From Octopus sinensis (lineage: Eukaryota), in contig NC_042998.1 in assembly GCF_006345805.1 (NCBI RefSeq), positions 126,604,001-126,668,000 of the forward strand: a stretch of DNA of 64,000 bases, in the 5' to 3' direction. The notes under the pieces were generated by a model. The model had not been told where the DNA came from. It saw nothing but the letters and a program-made list of their open reading frames with translations, and did not search any database. Below, piece by piece: positions 39,575 through 52,489 of the stretch. Position 1 is the first letter of the stretch. Each line of letters opens with the position of its first letter. Made by a program: the position numbers and the translations under genes.

Positions 39575-40046
39575 TGTGACCCTCTTCGGTCACCTTAAAG
39601 GTTACCCTCCGAGACACGTCTGGGAAAGATTTTTTATGGAAGGCCAACAGTCACCCACACATACCAGCCTTCCCTCTCCACGCCACCGATGTTATCCAAG
39701 GGAAAGGCAAAGGCCGATACAGTTTGGCCCCAGTGACGTCGCAGCTCATTTATTAACGTGCAAGTGGTTGAGCACTCCACAGACACGTGTGCCCTTAACG
39801 CAGTTCTCGGGGAGATTTAGCGTGACACAGAGTGGGACAAGGCTGGCCCTTTGAAATGCAGGTACAACAGAAATAGGAAGAAAGAGTGAGAGAAAGTTGT
39901 GGTGAAAAAGTACAGTAGGGTTCACTACCACCCCCTGCCGGAGCCTCGTGGAGCTTTAGGTGTTTTCGCTCAATAAACACTCACAATGCCCGGTCTGGGA
40001 ACCGAAACCGCGATCCTACGACCGCGAGTCCACTGCCCTTGCGCCT
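39575..40046 (-). mobile_element. Chimeric SINE (distinct tRNA head, module Y, module X/RTE-like tail)
   Basis: Module Y matches 63439-63580; it switches at GCACGTTAAT|AAATGAGCTGCGAC to the tail seen at 7330 and 57131. Confidence 0.75.
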
Positions 40047-40249
40047 CCACACATCTCGTGTGTACCGTTGGCGATTTTTTTCCTCTGTCTTCCCTTCTCT
40101 GGATCTTTCCTTCTCCTATGTTTCCGACGAATAGCTCCACTCGAAACGTTAAACCTCCTTCTTTCCTTCCTTCCTGAGCGTCCAATAATACTATATTTGT
40201 TCCACGTCCTCGCGTTGTTGTGTTCTTTTTTGTGTTTTCTTGTTTGGAT

Positions 40250-40255
<6 letters not shown>
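40047..40255 (+). mobile_element. Solo PLE pLTR-like segment with hammerhead-like motif at 40120-40154
   Basis: GTTT-CCGACGA-A-TAGC(TCC)ACTC-GAA-ACGT-T-AAAC. The downstream TTCCTGAGCG block is shared with the minus strand of 1240-1330. Confidence 0.6.
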
Positions 40256-40288
<33 letters not shown>

Positions 40289-40295
<7 letters not shown>

Positions 40296-40576
40296 CAAAT
40301 TAGAGACAAAACCACTATTATGCAAATCAAACAATGAAAGACTTAAGCCAATACATAAATTAATTTATATTATTTAGATATGTAACAAATATTAAAAAAT
40401 ATGTCTGCTACTCAATAATTTGATGACAGAAGACAGGAAACGATCGTAGTGGATATTAATTATATTTTTTAATATTTGCTACATATCTAAATAATATAAA
40501 TTAATTTATGTATTGGCTTAAGTCTTCATTGTTTGATTTGCATAATAGTGGTTTTGTCTCTAATTTAATATAATAT
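40289..40576. repeat. Inverted repeat with ~115-bp arms (about 3 differences) around a hammerhead-like spacer
   Basis: Arms 40289-40402 and 40462-40576; spacer contains TTGATGA...GAA-ACGATCGT-A. Confidence 0.85.
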
Positions 40577-40672
40577 AATATTTTACTATAAAATTGGATT
40601 CAATCCTAAATCTGATTTTTCCCTGTAAGTTGGATTTATTCCCTAATATTTATTATTATTATATATATATAT

Positions 40673-40719
<47 letters not shown>

Positions 40720-40785
40720 CATTATATATATATATATATATACATACATATATAAAATATATATATATATATATAATATATATAT

Positions 40786-40841
<56 letters not shown>

Positions 40842-41007
40842 TCCTTTACTTGTTCCAGTCATTTCACTGCTGTCATGCTGCAGCACCACCATTAGTCGAA
40901 TAATTCATTCCAGGACTTATTCTTTGTAAGCCCACTACTTATTCTATAGGTCTCTTTTTGCCGCACCGCTAAGTGACGGGGACATAAACACACACACACC
41001 ACACACA

Positions 41008-41050
<43 letters not shown>

Positions 41051-41285
41051 ATATAATATATATATATATATATATTATGTGAAATAGAAGATGAATAATC
41101 TTGTAGTAGATTAATCAAAAGTTTAACCGATACCTTAGTAGCAAAAATCACAGCAGTAAACAGCACGGTTGGAGGTACAACCATATGGTGTTGCAACCGT
41201 GCGTTGGTGCGGATAATTGAAATTAAAACATTATTGGTGAATTGAAGAAATGGAGCTGAACGCAGATTGAACAGAAATCGTTTTA

Positions 41286-41374
41286 TTTCATTCTACACGT
41301 GTTTCGAAAGGCACAAATTACCAAAATCCGATTGAATAATGGGACCATATTGTGTCTTTCTCTTCAGGAAGAAA
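41286..41374 (-). ncRNA. Type-I hammerhead ribozyme with intact core
   Basis: Minus strand: TTTCTTC-CTGAAGA-GAAAGACACAA...TTGTGCCTTTC-GAA-ACACGTGT-A-GAAtGAAA. Stem II pairs at 10 of 11 positions, stem III is palindromic, and the cleavage triplet is GUA. Confidence 0.8.
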
Positions 41375-41958
41375 ATAGGAAATCCGTTGGAAAAACAAAA
41401 ACAGAACAGAGGCGGAGCAAAAACAAATCGAACTATGCTCCTAAGAGCCCATGGCGAAACTGTTTATCAGTGTATGTTGAGAACCGGTGGCTGAAGAATT
41501 TAACGGGTCAGGCATCGGTCAATCATGTGGGTGAGGGTGTGTGGGTGTTCTTTGTGACCGAGAATAAAGTTCTGACTATTTAAGGAATATTGGATGTTTT
41601 ATAAGGGGCGAGAAAAAATCTACTTAGAGACGTGTGTGTGTGTATACTGTTCTATATATGTGTGTGTTGGCGTAGGGGTAGAAAACATTTTTATGTACGT
41701 GTGTGCGTTTGATCGTTCGGCTGTCAGTGGCTACTGCCGCGAGAACCGTTGGGTGGCAGAAAAAAAAATATATTATGTTTTATGTGTGTGTGTGTTCATC
41801 TAAGCCTGCCTTGTCAAGGAAACCCCCCGCTGTGAAAAAACCAAGCCCCGTTTGTCTAACAGGAGTAATTCCCCTTGCAGTGGTTAATCGTAGATATCTT
41901 AAAGGCTATTTCAGAATTTGTTACCAAGGGCTATGGGTGCCGGTATTATTTATAAACG

Positions 41959-43494
41959 CTATTTAAAAGCCAGATAAGTGTAACGCCGCCAATGGGGGCA
42001 TCGAAAAGCCGACTGTAAAAGCCCGTTTACCATCCGGCCTCTGGCAAACAAAATATGGAAGAGTTCGGAGACACAAAGGTTGCACTGCCTTCTGCCCCTA
42101 TCAAATGGGAGGGCCACCGACAAAATTGACCATTCCAGCCTGTAGCTTAAGTTCGTATCCTTCAGTCGCCATATTAGCTTACTGAGTCCCGTGGTCTGGC
42201 GCTTGTTCATGTCCCGAAAAGTTGCGTAATGGTTGGAGACACGCAAAGACAATCTTGAGGATGAGGCCCCTACATAAGTGAAGACATCTGAGTCCGTGTA
42301 AACCTTGCATTGGTAGACGGCGTTTTTGATCTTGGAGTTCGCCGACGTGAATCTTATTCTGCTAGGATTAGTTTCTGAAATTAGAACTGCGTTCCTGTCA
42401 CTATATTCGTTCCGAGACCTGCAGCCGCTTACTACTCTATTTTCCACTACGTCACTATTAACTATAGGAATAACCCCTGATTCTCCACTATCTATCAGTG
42501 CTGTCATTGCTACTGCCCGTGGTGCTGCTATTGCGGGAAATGATGCTGGGGATGCTATTGGGGCTCTCTACCCTACTCCCATTGTTACCGTCAACCACAA
42601 CACCCCTATTTATAACTATACCCCTAGTGGGTACTCCCTGGCTGGAGCTGAGATTATGTGTCACTGTACTGGCTCTCATATTATTACTACTATAATTATT
42701 CCTACTGAGCATTAAACCGGGAGCGGAAGAGGCTGTGCCTCCGGAAAAAGGTGATAGGGTCTTAGTAAGTAGCCTATTATTATGGGAGGCGATTATCTGG
42801 GCGAGGTTTTTAGTGTTGGAGAAAGCTATCCTAACTTTATGCGAGTTAACCGTGGAGTAATATTTGGAATTTCTGGGGAAGTTATTGGCGATGGCTTGTC
42901 TAAACATGAGGGGGAGGTTAGTTCTAATCTGCTTACCAAAGGGGATTACAAACCATATATGCTTATTCCTATCAGTGTGATGGGTCGGGACGCCAGCTCT
43001 CGCGTTCGGGTGGGTGATTCTCGGATGGATAACGGGTCTTGGGTTAGTGTAAGACCTCCCGGACCGATAATTATCCTTGTTCGCTAAATTAAATGCGGGA
43101 GCGACTACCCCGGCATCCGCCGCGCTCCCGTCCTTACTTAAAATGTTAATGTATTATATACGGCCCTATCCTGATGACCGAATGATGGCATCGGAAGGGC
43201 CGGATCAATATAAATTACCTTCTGCCTATAACCGGCCTTGGATAGTGCGGCGTTATAAAATTCCGCTTTCTGCATAAAAATATCGGCACTGGCGGACAAG
43301 CCAGACAATCTTAGAGAGATGTTTTTAACCAAATTGTCTGTTACGGTTTTGGCATGATTTGAGAAGACACTGACATACTTCAAATTAGTGGAAGGCTTAT
43401 GGTAAGGGCAGTATGAGTCGCTATTAAGGTTAAGTGTAACGTCTAGGAAATTAGCCTTGGTGAGTTCATTATCAAAAACTATACTCATGCCCAT
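41959..43494 (-). pseudogene. PLE RT-thumb/GIY-YIG polyprotein, frameshifted
   Basis: ORFs 43138..43494 (NFLDVTLNL...YHKP...SNH), 42488..42907 (KVRIAFSNTKNLAQIIASHN) and 41959..42507 (VYQCKV...YVGAS...RVSNH...CNLCVSE). Confidence 0.9.
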
Positions 43495-44157
43495 TCTATT
43501 AAAAAACCTAGCTAACCTGCGTTCAGCTCCATTTCTTCAATTCACCAATAATATATATATATATATATATATATACGACGAGCTTATTTCAGAAGACACT
43601 TGCCAAGGTGCGACGCAGTGGGACTGAACCTGGAACCATGTGGTTGGGATGCACGCTTCTTACCACACAGCCACTGTATATAAATATGTATATATATGCA
43701 TATATACATATTTATATACATTATATGCATATATATATTTTTTATATCCAGTTATATATTTGTGTGTGTGTTTGTATAAATAATTAACTTTAAACTTTAA
43801 AGATTACTCAATACTGTTTAATTCAAACGTTTATTAAACTGTTACAAGAAAACAAAACATGGACAGTGACTTAGATATTTCGTCTTGCTTGCGTTTGTCA
43901 GTTAAACGAAAGCGAACAAAACGAAACTTCGAAGTATTAGCAACCTATTGGTTCCAAAATTTAGTTTCTAAGATACATGTGCTACATCTCTCTCTCTCTC
44001 TCTCTCTCTCTGTTTCCTACGTATGTTTGTTTGGTTGTTGTTTCTTCCCACTCTCTCACTGTACACATAGACATATTAATAAAGGTGTTACTATTGAATT
44101 TAAAACAGAATCTTTTTCACCAAAGAATCTTCTTCACTTGAAATTTAGTGCGACGGT

Positions 44158-44570
44158 GCTAGTCGATTACATTTATCACACTGTCTAACTGGTACTTATT
44201 TAAACTCGAAACATAGAGACGAACGAAATACTTATAAGAACGAAATACTTATACGTACCAGTGCGTAACTGGTACGTATTTAATCGACCCCGAAAGGATG
44301 AAAGGCAAAGTCGACCTCGGCGGAATTTGAACTCAGAACGTAGCGGCAGACGAAATACCTATTTCTTTACTACGCACAAGGGGCTAAACACAGAGAGGAC
44401 AAACAAGTACAAATAAACGGATTAAGTCGATTATATCGAGCCCAGTGCGTAACTGGTACTTAATTTATCGACCCCGAAAGGATGACAGGCAAAGTGGACC
44501 TCGGCGGAATTTGAACTCAGAACTTAGTGGCAGACGAAATAATGCAAATCATTTCATTCGGAGTGCTAAA
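44158..44570 (-). mobile_element. SINE family A tandem array (2 units plus partial)
   Basis: Same ATACCTATTTCTTTACTAC unit junction as 165-748. Confidence 0.85.
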
Positions 44571-45979
44571 ATAATGCAAATACAGAAAAAAATTCCTCGT
44601 ATCTTTTTCTTTCCATTTTGTTTTAATTTTTTTTATTGCTTCACAAATTAAATAGTAAAGCGTGAACTTCGCCTTCATCCTTCTGTTGTTGATAAATTGA
44701 TAAATACAAACAAGCAAAAGCAACGTCGAAGTCGTGTATATATGTGGTGGGGGTTGGGGTTTGAAGATGTAAATGATTGTCTCCTTCAGAAAATCTTATT
44801 TGGTGTGGTAATGTTTGAAATATTGCTTTCTAACCCTCACTCTCTCTCCCATCACATTGCATTTGTTGCCAATTTGTTGATTTGAATTTATTGTTATTTG
44901 ATTCTTATTTCAAACCACGCCAACTCAACCTAGCCTTCTTCGCTACTGAATATCGAAATTCACTCAGCTTCGTACTTAATTCTCTTTACTCTAGATTCAA
45001 TCTACAAAATCTGTGAAAAGCATTGTTGTCCATATCTTTATATATTTTCTGGTTCCTTTTGTGAGTGTGTGATTTGTTACAAATTTTTGAAAAGAAAACC
45101 TATCTTTCGTCAGACAACAATTCTTTCAGCGAAAATAGTTTTATCATAATATATTATTTTATTATATTAAATACTTTTTCTTAAAGGTATTTCCATTCAT
45201 TTTAAATCTATGTTCATTTATTTTAAAATCTCTTCCGTAGTGAGTATTTTTGCATTGTTTCTGATATTTTCTTTTTGTGTAATGCTCTTTTGTTTTTAAT
45301 TTCCTTTCAATTTCTCATCGAGAAACGTCATAGAAAGCGATACATTGAGTTATATATTTTAAGTATGTCAGCAAATAAAAAAGTTGATAGAATTGTCTCT
45401 TGCAGACACAATCATAAAAATATCTGGGTGGTGGGAACAACTGAACAAAAAAATATTTTTAAATTCCCCCAAAATAAAACCTATTTTATAATTAGCAACG
45501 AAATAAATTAAATATATATACATATAAATAGACTTTTATACATTTGTAAAACTGAATATTGATTAAATTAAGGAAACAGATTTGTTCACCTATGTATGAA
45601 ACATACTACTATGCGTACTAAAGTGGGAGTTCATAAGCTGTTTTTTAACGTTTTAAAAACAGCTTCAAATTGGCAATTAATAATAGCTAGTGTTATCGAA
45701 AAAGAACATATTAGATAACGTGATCATCATTGCATAGTGCCTAAAAATAGCAGCAATATTTCCCTCAATTCAGAATCTGCTCTATTAAAAAGGTAGTACA
45801 CACTGAATAATCAGGATCTAGTAGCACAGTGTCTTAAAAAGACGGGACGCTCATGGTTTGAGTACCAATGCATACGTGTCTGCTTTATAGAAGCTCGTAT
45901 GAGAGTAAAGAACAACTACAATTAGACAACTGAACGTACACACACACACACACACATACGCAATTATATATACACCAGT

Positions 45980-46480
45980 CGTTATATTGACGACTGTATC
46001 GGTGCGACCCCACTCTCCTGCGAACATCTACACTTCTTCTTCTCTTTTGTCAAATCTTTCCATCCTGCCCTCCATTTCTGCGCTATTTCCGATACCTCAG
46101 TCGCCTTTCTCGACATTTCGGTCAGCATTCATCACTCCACTTTCACTACCTCCATCCACTACAAGCACACAGACTCACACTCATACATCAACTTCTCCTC
46201 CTCCCACCCTAAGCACACCAAGCTCTCCATGATCCATTCCCAATTCCTCCGTCTACGCAGGCTCTGCAGTGACAACCATGACTCAGTCTCAACTCATGGC
46301 TCTCCACTTTATCCTAAGTGGATATCCCCTTATCCAACCTCACCATCTCTATACATCTCATCCCACCCCACCCCATCCCTTAGATCCACCCTTACTTCCT
46401 CCACTCTCGCCTCCCCAACACCCCAACACCACTACACCACACCACACACCACAACTCACACACCACACCACATCACACCA
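45980..46480 (+). mobile_element. PLE reverse-transcriptase fragment fused to C-rich 3' sequence
   Basis: RYIDDCIGA...FHPAL...VAFLDISV...YKHTDSHSY...SSHPKH...SQFLRLRRLCS. Confidence 0.85.
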
Positions 46481-46579
46481 CCCCACACACACTAGCAAAG
46501 CGTACGTACGTCGCTATATATGTATAAAATACAAAATGGGATGTTTTGCGTTCTTGTCCCATTTTGTATTTTATGTATA

Positions 46580-47173
46580 TCTATCTATCTATCTATCTAT
46601 CTGTCTATCTATATCCATACATACATACATACATACATATATATATATAGATATACAAACTTACATATATATATATAGATATACAAACTTACATATATAT
46701 ATATATATATATATATAGATATACAAACATACATATATATATATATACACAAACATATATATATATATATTATATATATATATATATATATACACAAACA
46801 TACATATACATATTTATATATATATATATATACATATATATATACATATATACATATATATATACATATGCGTCTGGGTATATGCGTATGTGTGTGTGAT
46901 TGAGCTTGTGTTTTATATATATATATATATATATATGAATGTATGTATGTATGTATTTATGTATGTATGTATGTATATATATATACATATATATATACAT
47001 ACATATATTCATACATATATATATATATATACATACATATATTCATACATATATATATATATATATATATATACATACATATATACATATATACATATAT
47101 ACATACATATATTCATACATATATATATATATATACATACATATATACATATATACATAAATATATACATACA

Positions 47174-47222
<49 letters not shown>
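46580..47222. repeat. Compound TA/CATA microsatellite with higher-order sub-units
   Basis: Repeated ATAGATATACAAAC(T/A)TACAT (3 times) and ATACATATATTCATACAT (3 times). Confidence 0.9.
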
Positions 47223-47638
47223 CACAAGCACAATCACACACATATACACATATATGCACATGCATATTATGTATATACATGAGAAATTGTTACTGCTTGA
47301 CTTGAGATGCTTCAAAGCCTGGAACTAAAGCAAGTGAATATAGAGAGGTAGGAAGCCTTGTATGGTTATTTTGTCAACCGTTATAATCAATTGACTACAG
47401 ATGCGGAATTTTGAACATGCCATCTTCGCTTTACCCACTGTTTAGACCTGAAAGAGAGACAACTCACCCCTTAGGTAACCGAGAGTAATTGATATCGATA
47501 TTTCTCTGCTTGAGAAATTCAATGTTTTTTAACACTCGGTGTCTTAAAGAGTCTTTTGCCCCTACCCTATCCCGCAGCTAATGAGCGCGTAAACAAAACA
47601 CCTACCAGTAAGTATGTAACATCGATGATGTCTATATA

Positions 47639-48013
47639 TGGCAGTGTGGTAAGTAGCTTGCTTATTAACCACATGGTTCCGGGTTCAGTCCCACTGCGTG
47701 GCATCTTGGGCAAGTGTCTTCTACTATAGCCTCGGGCGGACCAAAGCCTTGTGAGTGTATTTGGTAAACGAACACTGAAAAAAGCCCATCGTACATATAT
47801 GTATATGTTTGTGTGTCTGTTTGTCCCTCCACCATCGCTTGACAACCGATGCTGGTGTGTTTACCTGCCCGTAACTTAGCGGATCGGCAACAGATATTGA
47901 TAGAATAAGTAGTAGGCCTACAAAGAATAAGTTCTGGGGTCGATTTGCTCGACTAAGGGCGGTGCTCCAGCATGGCCGCAGTCAAATGACTGAAACAAGT
48001 AAAAGAGTAAAGA

Positions 48014-48015
<2 letters not shown>
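47639..48015 (+). mobile_element. SINE family C, near full length
   Basis: High similarity to 33269-33705. Confidence 0.9.
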
Positions 48016-48053
<38 letters not shown>

Positions 48054-48216
48054 TATATACATACACATGCTTATGTGTAATAGATAGATAGTTAATATAT
48101 ACAATATACAAATCATTTATAAAGCATATTAAATATTGTGCACATATACATATATATGCATACGTATCTCTCTCTCTCTTTGTGTCGATACACACACACA
48201 CATGCATATATGTATG

Positions 48217-48259
<43 letters not shown>

Positions 48260-49199
48260 TATATATAATATATATATATATACACACGCATATAATGTAA
48301 ACAAATGTACGGTGACACAATCAAAATAAACTACCGCATATTCTGCACCTACCACCACTGTTGTCATGGTCATTATTATTTTTAACCATACCCCTGAAAC
48401 CGTAACGGCATCAAAAACAACGAAAAATTATAACAAAGTGGGTGATATCAACAGAATGTTACCAATCCCACAAGGGAGTCCTGTACAAGCCATCTTGAAA
48501 TTCCTATTATAACATCAATCTGTCAGATTTATGATAAATCTGACACAAAAATAAATACTATGGCAGCCGTTTCTTTCAATGTACGTATGTTTTTTTTCTA
48601 AATCTATTTTTGTCATATTACCGTTGACAGTTCGTTATCTGAAGAAAGGGTGTGAGTCCTATTAGTTTTATGAATGTTGGGATCCGTTATCAAGGCTTCT
48701 TATACAGCGTTCTGATACAACTATTGTACGAACTGACAAATTTAATTACAACTGGGAAATGATGTCACTGATTTGTCATGTTTATTAATTTTTTCCGCTA
48801 ATAATACGACGAGATGGGAAAATGATTAAGCATATATATATATAATATAAATATAAACAATATAAGAGCTTCTTAGGAATGTAATTGTTTCGAAAAATAA
48901 ATAATGTATGTATATAGTATGTATACACTAACATGTGTATACGTATTTAAAGTAAATATATTTATAAATTATATACAATAATGAAATAATGATGTCTAAC
49001 ATTGATACAAATGTAAACTATTGTTGTGAGGGTGTAGTCACGTTAGATTGACCACAATACTCGATTGGGTACGTATTTTATGAGAGATAAAAACTAGAGG
49101 TGATCCAGCTGTATTTCATTTCAAAATATTAAAAGATGCAATTACGTACCCACAAGACATATTTCGTTGGATGGTCTACTAAAGCTGTGTCTAATCCAA

Positions 49200-49715
49200 T
49201 CCAACAACAACAACAACAACAATAATAATAATAATCCTTTCTACTAAATACACAAGGCCTAAAATTTTGGGGGAGGGGACTAGTCTATAACATCGACCCC
49301 AATGTTTGACTGGTACTTAATTTATCCACGCCAAAAGGATGAGAAGCATAGTTGGCCTCGGTGGAATTCGAACTCAGAATGTAACGAGGGGCAAAATCCC
49401 ACTATGTATTTCACCAGGTGTACTATCGATTCTGCCAGTTCATCGCCTTAATAATAATGATAATGGTAATAATAATAATAATGATAATAATAATAATAAT
49501 AATGGTTTCAAATTTTGGCACAAGGCCAGCAATTTTGGGGAAGGAGGTAAGTCGATTACATCGACTCCAGTACTCAACTGGTACTTATTTTATCGACCCC
49601 GAAAGGATGAAAAGAAAAATCGTCCTCGGTGGAATTTGAACTTAGAACGTGAAGACGGTCGAAATGCTGCAAATCATTTTGCCCGGCGTGCTAACGATTC
49701 TGCCAGCTCACCACC
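49200..49715 (-). mobile_element. Two head-to-tail SINE family A copies separated by (AAT)n
   Basis: Copies at ~49235-49448 and ~49505-49715, each flanked by AAT/AAC repeats. Confidence 0.8.
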
Positions 49716-49814
49716 TAATTACCATAATAATAATAATAATAATAATGATGATGATGATGATAATAACAATAATAATAATAATAATGTTAATAATAATAAT
49801 AATAATAATAAATA

Positions 49815-51000
49815 TGGTCCAGGGAAGATAATAAAGAAGTTCTTAAGGCCTTCTATGGTGCCATGCATTTCCCCATAAATCAAGCCACTACTGAACAAAC
49901 CTACCTAAATTGGAGAGAGAAGCATCTTGAAATAAGATCTTACATAGATAGTAACAATCTCGCGAACGTCAGAAAAAACATTATAACATAGAAATTACAA
50001 ACTAAATTAAAAATTGACCAGATTAAACAATCAGTAAAGGATAAAAGCAACGAAGATACAGTTAAAGAAGGTACGAATGAAGAAACAATTTCAGACCAGC
50101 CCTGGTCTGATGAAAACGTAGTAATGATAGAAAAAAGCCAATGTAACTGATAAGCAAAGTGAAATACTTCCTGAACCAGCCATAAATATCAAGAAACATG
50201 AAAATCAAATAGGCGATGAAAATCACACAGAAATTAACCTAACTGATTAGATGATCTAAATATCTAAATCATGATTGAATGGCTGAAAATTAAGGAATTC
50301 GGTATGGATTAACCTTATACTCCACACAAAATTCGCAAAACCTGAAGGTAATTGGTAAAATCCGCGTTGCACATAAAGATATGATTTCAGCTAATGATGT
50401 TGACATTACAAATCTCAATCACCTTTATTATGCTTCTGCTAAGATCTCAACAACTCTTTGTGGAGAAAAAATTAGAAAACGGAAACATTTTCCGTAAAAA
50501 GCCTATTTGTCAAGAGTGAATCCAACAACAAATTCAGTCACTTTAGATAGAGCAGCACAGTATATTCATTGGGTAATTTGCAAGGACCTGTTCAATGATA
50601 AAAGCTGGTGGGAACACTAACCACCTCCAGTGCTTGAAAATGATTATATCTCACCCCTTTGGCACTTTACAGTTCAAAGTAACAGAAAGATAGATGCAAA
50701 TAAGCCAGACATTTTACTGAAGGATTTCAGACAAAGATCATGCCTCCTCATCGACATAACTATCCTAATCGACATAAATGTATCTGTCAAGACCTACCTA
50801 TTTACTGAGTAAATATGAAAATCTTGAAATAGAAATTGGCAAAATTTGGAACCTCAAGACTAGAACAATACTTGTTGTCATAGCAAAAGATAGCAAAAGG
50901 GGCTGATTTTTTCCTGTCTCAGATACCAGGAAATCCAAAAATAAAAGAAATTTTAAAAAATAGTGCTTATGTGGACCGCTAATATCCTACGAAAGATATT
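49815..51000 (+). mobile_element. Degenerate R4/Dong-like LINE with no recognisable RT
   Basis: The 3' part encodes WHFTVQSNRKIDANKPDILL...LLIDI (RLE). The 5' part resembles an N-terminal region and follows (AAT)n. Confidence 0.65.
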
Positions 51001-51761
51001 CTTTTCTACTCTAGGTACAAGGCCCGAAATTTTTGGGGAGGTGGGGGCAGCCAATTAGATCGACTCCCTGTACGCAACTGGTACTTAATCGATCCCGAAA
51101 GGATGAAAGGCAAAGTCGACCTCGGCTGAATTTGAATGCAGAACGTAAAGACAGGCGAAATACTTATTTCTTTACAACCCACAAGGGGCTAAACACAGAG
51201 AGGACAACAAGGAAGACAAACGGATTAAGTCGATTACATCGACCCAGTGTGTAACTGGTACTTAATTTATCGACCCCGAAAGGATGAAAAGCAAAGTCGA
51301 CCTCGGCGGAATTTGAACTCAGAACTTAGCGGCAGACAAAATACCTATTTCTTTACTACCCACAAGGGGCCAAACACAGAGAGGACAAACAAGGACAGAC
51401 AAACGGATCAAGTCGACTACATCGACCCCAGTGCGTAACTAGTACTTAATTTATCGAGCCCGATTGGATGAAAGGCAAAGTCGACCTCGGCGGAATTTGA
51501 ACCCAGAACTTAGCGGCAGACAAAATACCTATTTCTTTACTACCCACAAGGGGCCAAACACAGAGAGGACAAACAAGGACAGACAAACGGATCAAGTCGA
51601 CTACATCGACCCCAGTGCGTAACTAGTACTTAATTTATCGACCCCGATAGGATGAAAGGCAAAGTCGACCTCAGCGGAATTTGAACTCAGAACGTAACGG
51701 CAGACGAAATACAGCTACGCATTTCGCCCAGCGTGCTAACGTTTCTGCCAGCTCGCCGCCT
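51001..51761 (-). mobile_element. SINE family A tandem array (4 central units, 184-bp period)
   Basis: AGAACTTAGCGGCAG at 51321 and 51505; head ending GCTCGCCGCC at 51761. Confidence 0.9.
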
Positions 51762-52203
51762 TATCGATGTAATTCCAAAAACATTCTAATCTGCGAACGT
51801 TATCAAAAGTTCTTTTAAGTGTATATAATAGGAAACACCTTTTGCTGTCATCTTAAGATCATACTATCATCTCATCAAATTAATTTTAAAGCAAACTTTT
51901 AACTTTCTTATGTTTTGACAGACACTCTCAAGAACAATACTCTGTGCAAAACGAAAGCTATGGTGCCCTAGTCATAATACCAACTTGAACTTCTAACTTA
52001 AGCATAAATAGTAGGAATATGTTTACATTTTTATAATTTCTGATCGCAACTAAGCAGACTTCATTCACGCTATGTTGTGCATAGAATGCATATATACGTG
52101 TATGTGTGTTCGTATATATATTTGTACGTGCGTGTAAAAAGAAATCAATATAAATGTATAAATATTTGATCATAAAGAAAAAGTTATCATTCTTTCTTTG
52201 CGG

Positions 52204-52239
<36 letters not shown>

Positions 52240-52489
52240 ATTCGGTGTCTATCATTTATTCTATTTATCTATTAATGTTTTATTTGTTCGCCAGTCTTTA
52301 TTTCCATTCTCGACATAAAATTGTGGAAATTTATAATCAATGATTAATGTCCCAACCGTTACAACGGTTCTCTGACATTTACATTCATTTTTCCGACGTT
52401 TACAGTCGTTTAACTCCCCTTATTTATAGTCATATAATCCCTGGTTGCATAACTTTGCTTTGACTAATACCAATGTCTCAGCCTACCGA

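Larger units (their letters stand above)
41079..43552 (-). mobile_element. 5'-truncated Neptune-type Penelope-like element with pLTR and 36-bp inverted 5' cap
   Basis: RT thumb plus GIY-YIG ORF pieces. 43517-43552 is the exact reverse complement of 41230-41265. Confidence 0.92.
40838..43677 (-). mobile_element. SINE family C interrupted by a PLE
   Basis: Head at 43575-43677 and 3' half at 40838-41010, both on the minus strand and colinear, with (TA)n either side of the PLE. Confidence 0.75.
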
